59,050 nucleotides of DNA from an uncultured Bdellovibrionales bacterium (GCA_964594215.1 CAZQLN010000003.1:91447-150496), one strand, 5' to 3'; numbered from the stretch's first letter, positions 47,694 through 54,978 are shown. Numbers and translations are program-made. Notes: generated from the letters alone by a model not told the origin.

Positions 47694-47981
47694 TTAGTCC
47701 GCATAGAGACCACCATGGAAAAGTCTGGTTGGCCGAGAAAGTTGATCGATAAGTTCCTCATAATCCCTGTTAAGAAGAATGAGAAGTGACTGACGAACCA
47801 CATAGCCAAGTTCTTGAAGAGGGATTTCCTCATTACTATGACCACTGACTCGTTCGGCTAATTCGTAGAGGACTCTTGCTAGTTGATCTGGGTCACTCTG
47901 TTTAAGATCGCGACAATCAACAGTGATCTTACGCAAAGCCATCTTGAGATGGATTTCTTGATAGGCTCTTTTTTTGGTCAC
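47694..47981 (-). CDS. orphan 95-aa protein co-transcribed downstream of GNAT-1
   Basis: GTG start with AAAGGAGA 5 nt upstream, 28 nt after the GNAT-1 stop. Confidence 0.45.
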   Translation of the reverse strand: MTKKRAYQEIHLKMALRKITVDCRDLKQSDPDQLARVLYELAERVSGHSNEEIPLQELGYVVRQSLLILLNRDYEELIDQLSRPTRLFHGGLYAD

Positions 47982-48009
47982 ACAAATCTCCTTTCAATAA
48001 AGTTCCGTA

Positions 48010-48480
48010 TCATTTTTGGTACCAGTACAGAAATTTTCCTTCTTCTAAGCTAAAGCCTGATGATTCGTATGGATTGTAGTTGACTAAGCTCTCGTTGATC
48101 GCTACAAGCTCAACATACTTACAGTCATACTGACATCCAAGTGCTAAAACTTGCTCGATTAAAATCTCTTCCACACCACGATCACGCCATTCATCCGCTA
48201 TCACAAGATCGTTGATAGATCCATTGATCCTAGAGAACTTATGGAGAGTAAAATTGAAACAAGCGATGAGCTTGCCTTTGTGAACAACGAGAGTAAAACC
48301 ACCCTTATTGAGTATATATTCTTTAAGATCAGACTCTATCTGGGTAGGATTACCAAGTTTCGTGAGAAGCTTTTTGAAATCATAGATGATCAGATGCTTA
48401 AAAGCCGCTAAGTTAGCGAGATTAACCACGTTCATAACATGGATCTCGGCACCATCCTTGAGAGTATGGTTGGTCATCAT
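48010..48480 (-). CDS. GNAT-family N-acetyltransferase (GNAT-1, divergent)
   Basis: About 156 aa. Motif A-like region VIADEWRDRGVEEILIEQVLALG, and a C-terminal YESSGFSL. SD AAGGAGA. Confidence 0.6.
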   Translation of the reverse strand: MMTNHTLKDGAEIHVMNVVNLANLAAFKHLIIYDFKKLLTKLGNPTQIESDLKEYILNKGGFTLVVHKGKLIACFNFTLHKFSRINGSINDLVIADEWRDRGVEEILIEQVLALGCQYDCKYVELVAINESLVNYNPYESSGFSLEEGKFLYWYQK

Positions 48481-48518
48481 GGGACCGGTCTCCTTGTTAA
48501 GTTACAGGTGTTATCGTT

Positions 48519-48547
48519 AGCTAACAACAACTTATCATTATTGTCAA
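48519..48547 (-). promoter_or_regulatory. candidate promoter of the GNAT-1 operon; the -10 lies inside the palindrome GTTAGCTAAC
   Basis: Minus strand reads TTGACA-17 nt-TTAGCT. A perfect 10-bp palindrome lies at 48516-48525. Confidence 0.35.
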
Positions 48548-48552
48548 GTCTT

Positions 48553-48589
48553 CTAAAAAAGAGGCCAGTCTCCAAAACGAAGACTGGCC
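48553..48589 (-). terminator. rho-independent terminator of GNAT-2
   Basis: GGCCAGTCT/AGACTGGCC perfect 9-bp stem, followed on the minus strand by TCTTTTTT. Confidence 0.7.
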
Positions 48590-48619
48590 GTGATTGAGTT
48601 CAATCAGTTAGGAGCTTAC

Positions 48620-49135
48620 TCAGCTCGGAAAACACTTATAACTATTCCTACCGCACAGACCCGTCGAGATACCCGTAAGTTTGAAACCGATACTCGGATA
48701 AAATTGATTGGCTGCCACGAGATCGGGGTGAACCTCAAGTCTCACTTCCGTGCAATCTTGGAGCCAAGCCAAACGACAAGCCTCCATCATCAAACTTCTA
48801 CCAATCCCTCTATGACGATGATGCGGTTTGACGATGACATCACCCACCTCTCCATAGATACAAGAATAGGTGTGCACGATACTCAACATAGCAGCGCCCA
48901 GAAGATCACGGGCACCAATAGCCAAGACATAACGACTGCCGAAATTGTGAAGCAGGTTGTACGGCGTGAGCTTTTCTTCTACGGCAAATGGTAGTTGGCT
49001 GAAAAGCTCTGGCAACTGATCCACGTACTTGATATACGCCGCCACATCATTGTCCGTAGCAATCACACGAAGATGAAATGGTTCCTGATCTTGTAGCGTT
49101 TCACCAACACCTACCGAATCAATAATATTTCTCAT
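48620..49135 (-). CDS. GNAT-family N-acetyltransferase (GNAT-2)
   Basis: IVKPHHRHRGIGRSLM (R-x-x-G-x-G acetyl-CoA motif), and NQFYPSIGFK. SD GCGGGAGA. Confidence 0.75.
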   Translation of the reverse strand: MRNIIDSVGVGETLQDQEPFHLRVIATDNDVAAYIKYVDQLPELFSQLPFAVEEKLTPYNLLHNFGSRYVLAIGARDLLGAAMLSIVHTYSCIYGEVGDVIVKPHHRHRGIGRSLMMEACRLAWLQDCTEVRLEVHPDLVAANQFYPSIGFKLTGISTGLCGRNSYKCFPS

Positions 49136-49182
49136 GGCAGTCTCCCGCTTTCAGTTTCTTGAGGGTTGATGGAAAACCAAAG

Positions 49183-49305
49183 AACTTGGCCTGTATCTCT
49201 GGTCTAACATATATCTCTTGTGAGCGTCAATTGGATTGACAAAAGCTTAAAAATGGGTTAATTTCTAGCCACGTCCTTCTTATAAATCTTAGAACAAAGG
49301 AGTTC
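49183..49305. promoter_or_regulatory. bidirectional promoter cassette, copy 2
   Basis: AACTTGGC (49183), GTCAATT (49226), TTGACA (49236)-17 nt-TAATTT, then CTAGCCACGT and AAAGGAG. Same order and similar spacing as copy 1. Confidence 0.5.
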
Positions 49306-49309
49306 CTTC

Positions 49310-49462
49310 ATGGCAAGACCCCCACAAAGAAGTGGTTGTCCAGGACTTATAATCGCTGTCCTGTTGGTCATACTGGTTGTTGCTGGCATACCACTGCTCA
49401 CACATACTGCAGAAAAACTCAGTCGTATGTACGGACCAGAAAAAATCGAGCAACGACGCTAA
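49310..49462 (+). CDS. 50-aa single-TM peptide (below the ORF-track cutoff)
   Basis: Hand translation: MARPPQRSGCPGLIIAVLLVILVVAGIPLLTHTAEKLSRMYGPEKIEQRR. SD AAAGGAG 8 nt upstream. Confidence 0.5.
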   Translation: MARPPQRSGCPGLIIAVLLVILVVAGIPLLTHTAEKLSRMYGPEKIEQRR

Positions 49463-49489
49463 GTGTACAACTCAAAATTGAAAGAATAT

Positions 49490-49524
49490 GGGCTATTTGC
49501 ATAACTGTGAATAGCCCTTTCTTT
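49490..49524 (+). terminator. rho-independent terminator of the 50-aa peptide gene
   Basis: GGGCTATT/AATAGCCC stem followed by TTTCTTT. Confidence 0.6.
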
Positions 49525-49532
49525 AAAATCAG

Positions 49533-49564
49533 TAATAAAGAAGGCGTCGTGTATTAACGACGCC
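49533..49564 (-). terminator. rho-independent terminator of GNAT-3
   Basis: GGCGTCGT/ACGACGCC perfect 8-bp stem, with a T-rich tail on the minus strand. Confidence 0.6.
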
Positions 49565-49585
49565 CAGAGGTTTCAATAGGTATAC

Positions 49586-50095
49586 TTACCCATTAAAAGA
49601 GAGTCGATACAACCATTGAGGACTCCCGTTATCGATTTCTTTGACCTGCACGAATCCAGCTCGCGTATATATTTTTTCAACATGCTGGTAAGCCAATTGA
49701 CGTCGAAAGATATACTCAATATGACGCACCTGTGGCATATCTCGTACATAGGCGACAGCCTCCATAAGAAGCCAACTCCCGTAACCACGTTTACGCCAAG
49801 CAGCTAGTGTCACAAAGTCTTTAATCCTGTAGAAGCGCTCTACTTCATTCAAAGACATGACCAAGAGAGCAACTCGAAAAGATTTAGTTCTCCCTGGTTC
49901 GCCTGGCTCTTCACTGCTAACAGCAAAAAAGTAGAGATCTTTGGGCTTTCGTTTGACATCTTCCCATACAAAACGAGAGGTTTGACTACTGTCGTGGGTA
50001 TGGATAGCGTTGAGACTGATAATATCCTCTGCGGTCAATTGTGAAGCATTCTTCACTTCAAGAGTGACTACTGACGTGAGATTAGTGAGTGTCAC
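49586..50095 (-). CDS. GNAT-family N-acetyltransferase (GNAT-3)
   Basis: VTLAAWRKRGYGSWLLMEAV (R-x-x-G-x-G), and YTRAGF. GTG start with GGGAGAG 5 nt upstream. Confidence 0.7.
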   Translation of the reverse strand: MTLTNLTSVVTLEVKNASQLTAEDIISLNAIHTHDSSQTSRFVWEDVKRKPKDLYFFAVSSEEPGEPGRTKSFRVALLVMSLNEVERFYRIKDFVTLAAWRKRGYGSWLLMEAVAYVRDMPQVRHIEYIFRRQLAYQHVEKIYTRAGFVQVKEIDNGSPQWLYRLSFNG

Positions 50096-50193
50096 GATGG
50101 CTCTCCCTTTTAAAGAACTATCTTCGTTACTTTGGTAATATCACTTTAGAGTGACCTACGCAAGTTTTGGCTCTCTGTGCTAAAATAGCCTAT

Positions 50194-50757
50194 ATGCAAG
50201 ATATCCCTGATCACGCTAAAATTGTTTTTGAAGGTATTCGTTGTACCATTTATCACTGGGATCAACCCATGTATGACGGCACTACCCGAGTTTTTGAAGC
50301 TGTCCATCGCCCTCCATCAGCCACTATCATCGCTTTGGTCGAGGGTAAAATTTCTCTCCAAAGGCAAACTCAACCTCATCGTGACGAATATTTCATTTGC
50401 TTACCTGGTGGATGGGCTGATGTCGAAGGTGAGGCTATCGAAGATACAGCTAAACGTGAACTGGTAGAAGAAACAGGGCTCGCTAGTGATGATTGGGAGT
50501 TATGGAAAATAGCAGGGGTGGGCGGTTTTATTCATTGGGAAAATTATATTTATATTGCTCGCGACTGTAAGCAGACTGCCGATATCCGTCTTGATGGAGG
50601 AGAACAAATCGAAAATGGTTTAGTGACTCTCGATGAATTTCTTTCTTTGATTGATGATCCTCATTTTCGTCACAAGGACTTACTCCAAGATTTTTATCAA
50701 ATCAGAGAAAATCCAGAAAAACGTCTCGCCTTTCAAAAACTACTTGGTCTTATATAA
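50194..50757 (+). CDS. NUDIX hydrolase (ADP-ribose pyrophosphatase-like)
   Basis: Nudix box GGWADVEGEAIEDTAKRELVEETG. No SD seen upstream of the ATG. Confidence 0.75.
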   Translation: MQDIPDHAKIVFEGIRCTIYHWDQPMYDGTTRVFEAVHRPPSATIIALVEGKISLQRQTQPHRDEYFICLPGGWADVEGEAIEDTAKRELVEETGLASDDWELWKIAGVGGFIHWENYIYIARDCKQTADIRLDGGEQIENGLVTLDEFLSLIDDPHFRHKDLLQDFYQIRENPEKRLAFQKLLGLI

Positions 50758-50764
50758 TAACTCT

Positions 50765-51100
50765 ATGGAAGAAACCATTAAGCCTCCAAGTCAGGCTACT
50801 ATCAAAGTCTGCGTCCATAAGGACTGCTGTCAAAAGGGGAGTGAAGATGTTTATCTTGCTCTCAAAGATGGTCTCTCCAAAGAAGAAGCTGTCGTCCTCA
50901 AGGTGGATGATTGTTTCAGCTTTTGCGAAGAGGGCCCTAACATTGCTCTTAATGACAATATCCTTAAGGGAGTTCGTCCTTTTACCGCCGTAGAACAAGT
51001 CCGTGCTGAACTTCGAGACCCGTCGTGCAAGGCTGATGGTCTGGGCTCTCGACCTCTTGATGATCTTGATGACGTTCTTGACAGTATTGAACATTTGTAG
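50765..51100 (+). CDS. thioredoxin-like [2Fe-2S] ferredoxin-domain protein
   Basis: C-x4-C (CVHKDC) then, about 35 aa later, C-x3-C (CFSFCEEGPN). The ATG at 50765 lies within ORF 50651..51100. Confidence 0.6.
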   Translation: MEETIKPPSQATIKVCVHKDCCQKGSEDVYLALKDGLSKEEAVVLKVDDCFSFCEEGPNIALNDNILKGVRPFTAVEQVRAELRDPSCKADGLGSRPLDDLDDVLDSIEHL

Positions 51101-51155
51101 CATTATCAAGTTTGGTTTTATTAAAAATTGAAACAAGAGACAGGAGGGGTTTAAT

Positions 51156-51335
51156 ATGCCAAGCAAAGAATACCCGACACGCGCTGAAGCTTTTTTTGGA
51201 GTTCTGATTATTCTTATGGCTTTTCTGATTGATGTCATTTGCGAAGCCTTGAACACCCTGAAAGGATACTGGGCCTGGATATTTTCCATCGGAATTATCC
51301 TGATAGCCACACTCATTCTTATTCACTACAACTAA
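51156..51335 (+). CDS. micro membrane protein s1 (59 aa, 2 TM)
   Basis: SD AGGAGGGG 6 nt upstream. Hand-translated; below the ORF-track cutoff. Confidence 0.5.
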   Translation: MPSKEYPTRAEAFFGVLIILMAFLIDVICEALNTLKGYWAWIFSIGIILIATLILIHYN

Positions 51336-51343
51336 GGGGGTAC

Positions 51344-51460
51344 ATGCCAATGCTTTCTGATAGTCATTCACCCAAGAAAAGCGAAGGTTTCTGGAAGCGT
51401 CTTTGGCGTCACTGGACTATTTTCAATGAACTCGTGAAACATGCCAAACCTGAAAAATAG
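51344..51460 (+). CDS. micro protein s2 (38 aa, basic, Trp-rich)
   Basis: SD AAGGGGG 4 nt upstream. Same frame as track ORF 51239..51460, whose upstream extension would overlap s1. Confidence 0.4.
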   Translation: MPMLSDSHSPKKSEGFWKRLWRHWTIFNELVKHAKPEK

Positions 51461-51475
51461 AGAGGAGATACCGCC

Positions 51476-51580
51476 ATGCAAGAATGGTCTAATTCCGACT
51501 TGTTTGTGGTCGCCGTTTTTATTGGGATGGCGATCCTACTCTGGGTAATATTCACAAACCGTAACAAGGGGAGCTCCTGA
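51476..51580 (+). CDS. micro membrane protein s3 (34 aa, 1 TM)
   Basis: SD GAGGAG 8 nt upstream. MQEWSNSDLFVVAVFIGMAILLWVIFTNRNKGSS. Confidence 0.45.
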   Translation: MQEWSNSDLFVVAVFIGMAILLWVIFTNRNKGSS

Positions 51581-51581
51581 T

Positions 51582-51770
51582 ATGGCTGAACCTAGATTTC
51601 AACAGACGGGGGTTGAGGTTGATCGCTGGATTAGCAGAATCGGCTATCCGCTGACTGTTACTGTAACCGCAGTGGGTTTCGTCGGATGGTGGTTATGGAC
51701 TCGGTTTCGTAGGCCTGATGATGGAATATATGAGCTGACTGATTCAGAACGTACAGACGAAGAGATCTGA
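51582..51770 (+). CDS. micro membrane protein s4 (62 aa, 1 TM)
   Basis: TGAtATG junction with s3; AAGGGGAG upstream. Confidence 0.5.
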   Translation: MAEPRFQQTGVEVDRWISRIGYPLTVTVTAVGFVGWWLWTRFRRPDDGIYELTDSERTDEEI

Positions 51771-51771
51771 T

Positions 51772-51954
51772 ATGGATACTCTCCAATTCGTCATCGGAAG
51801 CGCTCTCTTCTACCAGACCATCCAGTGGTGTAGGGACTATATGGTAAACTATCTGTTTCCACCACGGAAATTTCCACCTCTTAGCAAAATAGAAGAAGGC
51901 CTTTTGCTCGGCATCGCCGTACTTACAGCCTTCAGAGTCGCATTCTCAGCCTAA
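51772..51954 (+). CDS. micro membrane protein s5 (60 aa, 2 hydrophobic segments)
   Basis: Identical CTGATATGG junction with s4. Confidence 0.5.
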   Translation: MDTLQFVIGSALFYQTIQWCRDYMVNYLFPPRKFPPLSKIEEGLLLGIAVLTAFRVAFSA

Positions 51955-51980
51955 TAGGGCAGGGTGCGACTTTTTGTTTT
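51936..51980 (+). terminator. rho-independent terminator of the s1-s5 operon
   Basis: AGTCGCA/TGCGACT stem with a long loop, followed by TTTTTGTTTT. Confidence 0.5.
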
Positions 51981-51991
51981 CATACCTGAGT

Positions 51992-52021
51992 TTGACTTAA
52001 ATGAACCCTTGGGTGTGTAAT
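51992..52021 (+). promoter_or_regulatory. candidate promoter of the 161-aa orphan gene
   Basis: TTGACT-18 nt-TGTAAT. Confidence 0.35.
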
Positions 52022-52069
52022 GGAATAAATGGTTGTTTACCAACTCAAACGCTAGAAGGAGACTTCCTC

Positions 52070-52555
52070 ATGAGCGCACAGCCCAGAAAAGGTCTAAGCA
52101 CCCGTGATGAGGTGCCTGATATTGCCAATGTTCCGAAATACGTAGCCATTCACGAAAGCTTTGGGACAAATAATAATGGTGTGATGGCATTTGCTTTTGC
52201 TGATCGTGATCATAAGATCATTTACCAGCCAGCCCCTTTGTTTCGTTTTGATCTTAAGGTGAGAACCCTTATCAGTTTGGTAAGCTGCCTGGATGAGGTG
52301 ATCGTTGTGGATGACGAATATTCCTGCACACGCATCATCCCTCATCTGAAAACAGAAACTCTTCGAGTAGGTCTCGAATACGTCGTTCTCAACTCAAGAA
52401 TGGTCTATAATCGACTCAATCGACTGCATCCAGGACCACAAAGGCGCCTCAACATGGCTGCTTTTCTTCTGGAGTGTCATCAAAAATTCTTACGGGTTCC
52501 CCAAAAAGATCCACCCGAAGCAAACGGCCCGACACTCCGCCTTCCAGCCCCTTAG
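52070..52555 (+). CDS. orphan 161-aa protein
   Basis: SD GAAGGAGA 7 nt upstream of the ATG at 52070 (inside track ORF 52001..52555). No family recognised. Confidence 0.5.
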   Translation: MSAQPRKGLSTRDEVPDIANVPKYVAIHESFGTNNNGVMAFAFADRDHKIIYQPAPLFRFDLKVRTLISLVSCLDEVIVVDDEYSCTRIIPHLKTETLRVGLEYVVLNSRMVYNRLNRLHPGPQRRLNMAAFLLECHQKFLRVPQKDPPEANGPTLRLPAP

Positions 52556-52604
52556 TTATATCGGTGATGGTTTTACCCTGGGCCTAGACACACCGGTATT
52601 CACT

Positions 52605-52646
52605 GCACGCCCTTTTGCCATTGAGCAATTGTGGCGTGCTTTTTTA
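52605..52646 (+). terminator. rho-independent terminator
   Basis: GCACGCC/GGCGTGC stem followed by TTTTTT. Confidence 0.5.
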
Positions 52647-52700
52647 TCTCCTTGCCGGAATCTGGGCTTCTGTGCTACGGTGATATGTCATAACAAACCC

Positions 52701-52982
52701 ATGGATATCCAAGAAATCAAACTCCCCATCAAAAAGTGTCTCGCTCAAACAAAGTCTTTTATAGAGGCCACCTGGAACCGTTTCCAAAATATTGAGTACA
52801 CTCGACAAGAATGGCTCTTAGTTTTCGGTCTTGCCCTTGTAGTTGGTATAGGCTGTAAAGCTATCGCAATCAATACTGTCACTATTGGATATGAAGACTA
52901 TAAGCTCAAAGGAAACATCTCTGTTAATACACCTCCTCTAACCCATGATGACATCACGCGCGGTCCTATTTGCGAAGAATAA
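52701..52982 (+). CDS. small bitopic membrane protein (93 aa)
   Basis: The ATG at 52701 lies downstream of the terminator. One TM helix, WLLVFGLALVVGIGCKAIAI. Confidence 0.45.
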   Translation: MDIQEIKLPIKKCLAQTKSFIEATWNRFQNIEYTRQEWLLVFGLALVVGIGCKAIAINTVTIGYEDYKLKGNISVNTPPLTHDDITRGPICEE

Positions 52983-52993
52983 TCTCTACTCTT

Positions 52994-54016
52994 ATGACAA
53001 CTCTTACTCCTGAAAAGAAGAAACAACAAAATCTTATCGCTCTCGCTATTGTCTTGGGCGGATTATTTGCTGGTAGCTTACTCGTCGATTTTGTCCAACT
53101 AGCTACGGGGAGTGGTTTTTCACAACATATTCTCCGTAAACTCTCAGTTCTCGAAACCAATGGCAAAACCTGGGTCGCCTACAAAGAACCCAAAGTCACT
53201 CTCGAAGTTATCACTGACCAAAGCTGTCTTACTTGTAATAGTGAAGAGGCTCTGACTTGGATCCGTCGTCTCGTACCTACAGTAGAAGTAATCGAGATCG
53301 ATGGAGCAAGCACTCTGGGTAAAAAACGTATTCAAGATTTTCACCTTACTGTGTTGCCTGGTTTTATCTTTAGTGAAGAGATCAAGGACACTCAGTTTTA
53401 TACTGAAACGGCTGAGCTATTCCAGGCCGTCGATAAACGCTTCGCTTTTCAGATGCAGAAAATCGGCTTTACCGGTGGAAAATACCTTAATCCACCAACC
53501 AGAGAAACCAATGACATCACTCTCGGTAATCCAGATGCACCTGTCCAAATAGTCGTCTATACTGACTTTCAGTGTGAATTCTGCAAAGATTTCCATAAGA
53601 ACCTCTCTCAGGCTCTTAATGAGTACGGTGATCAGATCTCTGTTACCTATCGTCATCTTCCACTTTCTTTCCACACACAAGCACCCCTAGCTGCCCTAGC
53701 TTCTCAATGCGCTCACGCTCAAGGAAAATTTGCACCATTCAGTGATAAGCTTTTCGAAGATCAGGCTACTTGGAGTAATGCTACCAGTGGCACTTGGTTT
53801 CGTAATCAAGCCCAAGCTCTCAAGCTTAACTCTCGCGAGTTTAATACCTGTATGAACAACAAGACCTACGCTGAAAAAATCGCCCATGATGCTTTTTCTG
53901 CAGAAGAGTTTGGCCTTACCGGAACCCCGAGTACTTTCGTCAACACGACCCTCATTTCCGGAGCCGTAGATTATGCTACACTAAAAAGAGTGATTGAATA
54001 TCACTTAGGTAAATAG
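52994..54016 (+). CDS. membrane-anchored DsbA-like thioredoxin-fold oxidoreductase
   Basis: N-terminal TM helix. Active site FQCEFC (CxxC) in a DsbA/Thioredoxin_4-like C-terminal domain. Confidence 0.75.
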   Translation: MTTLTPEKKKQQNLIALAIVLGGLFAGSLLVDFVQLATGSGFSQHILRKLSVLETNGKTWVAYKEPKVTLEVITDQSCLTCNSEEALTWIRRLVPTVEVIEIDGASTLGKKRIQDFHLTVLPGFIFSEEIKDTQFYTETAELFQAVDKRFAFQMQKIGFTGGKYLNPPTRETNDITLGNPDAPVQIVVYTDFQCEFCKDFHKNLSQALNEYGDQISVTYRHLPLSFHTQAPLAALASQCAHAQGKFAPFSDKLFEDQATWSNATSGTWFRNQAQALKLNSREFNTCMNNKTYAEKIAHDAFSAEEFGLTGTPSTFVNTTLISGAVDYATLKRVIEYHLGK

Positions 54017-54030
54017 TCACGAGAGTTTCT

Positions 54031-54231
54031 ATGTTGTCTTGGAATAAACATGTGGTTATTGGCGGCTTATTTTTCTTCGTCTTTGTATTTGCTCTTACTC
54101 TCGGAGCTACTTTAAACGAACGACAGACTCTACTCGCAGCTACCATCCACTGTCAGAATACGGGTGGTGTCTGGAATACCAACAACTACTGTGAAAAAAC
54201 TGTTAGTGTCTGTACACCACAGTCACTCTAA
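54031..54231 (+). CDS. small membrane protein with 3 extracytoplasmic Cys
   Basis: 66 aa. One TM helix followed by C..C..C. Sits next to the DsbA-like gene. Confidence 0.4.
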   Translation: MLSWNKHVVIGGLFFFVFVFALTLGATLNERQTLLAATIHCQNTGGVWNTNNYCEKTVSVCTPQSL

Positions 54232-54250
54232 AAAATAGGTGGTAACCACC

Positions 54251-54766
54251 ATGAAAAATAAAAAGTATTACCAGATTAAGCGACGAGGGTTTACTCTCAT
54301 AGAGCTTCTTATTGTCATTGCTATTATTGGCATCCTAGCTTCTATTGTTATTATTTCCCTCAATGGGGCTCGTCAAAAATCACTGACTGCCAAAGACGCT
54401 AGTCAGCTCCGTATGATTGCGACAGCTCTTGAGGCTTATCATACTCAATTTCAATCGTATCCCGTCAGTAGTGGCTGGCAGGGTTTTTGTTCCGCTTGGG
54501 GAGCTAGTCTAGGTGCTAACTGGATACCTGAATTACAAACATCAGGAATTACCAGTGGCACAACACTTCCAGTAGATGCTCGTCAGGGGAGTAGTGCGAG
54601 TTGTGTTGATAACCAACAGCAGTACATTTATGTCAGTGATGGTGTAAATTACAAACTTGTTTCTGTTTCACACTCGAGTGTAGCCAATGTTCCAGCAGCC
54701 CTGATAGATCCCACCCGACCCACCACCGCCTATGGCTTTTGGAGCAATGGAGCAGCTTCTTGGTAG
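54251..54766 (+). CDS. type IV pilin / pseudopilin (prepilin N-terminal cleavage-methylation domain)
   Basis: KRRGFTLIELLIVIAIIGILASI class III signal peptide. Confidence 0.88.
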   Translation: MKNKKYYQIKRRGFTLIELLIVIAIIGILASIVIISLNGARQKSLTAKDASQLRMIATALEAYHTQFQSYPVSSGWQGFCSAWGASLGANWIPELQTSGITSGTTLPVDARQGSSASCVDNQQQYIYVSDGVNYKLVSVSHSSVANVPAALIDPTRPTTAYGFWSNGAASW

Positions 54767-54881
54767 TAAGCCCTTGAGTTTTTCTTATAAGTTGGCTAGA
54801 GTAGTGAGGTTACCAAGCCACCAAAGCTTCCGTTGGTATTGCGACGCACTCGCTCGTCCCGTTACCAATCAAAGCTCGTAC

Positions 54882-54954
54882 GCCAAGATAGCTCAGTTGG
54901 CAGAGCGCCGCACTCGTAACGCGGAGGTCCCGAGTTCGATCCTCGGTCTTGGCT
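54882..54954 (+). tRNA. tRNA-Thr (anticodon CGT)
   Basis: Hand-folded cloverleaf. Acceptor GCCAAGA/TCTTGGC, D arm GCTC/GAGC, anticodon loop CTCGTAA, T arm CCGAG-TTCGATC-CTCGG. One A31-C39 mismatch. No encoded CCA. Confidence 0.85.
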
Positions 54955-54978
54955 CAACGATTTGTAACGGGATAAACC

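Noticed and set aside
49336-49557. Track ORF of 73 aa overlapping the 50-aa peptide gene in another frame.
   Set aside because: It has no SD, starts inside the better-supported 49310..49462 frame, and reads through the terminator hairpin at 49490-49517.
50750-51371. Minus-strand ORFs of 188 and 129 aa opposite the ferredoxin-like gene and s1/s2.
   Set aside because: The + strand has a clear C-x4-C...C-x3-C ferredoxin-domain match and SD-preceded micro-ORFs. The minus-strand products are unstructured-looking and have no signals.
51239-51460. 73-aa version of s2 starting at 51239.
   Set aside because: The upstream extension overlaps s1 by about 100 nt and lacks an SD. The ATG at 51344 has AAGGGGG 4 nt upstream.
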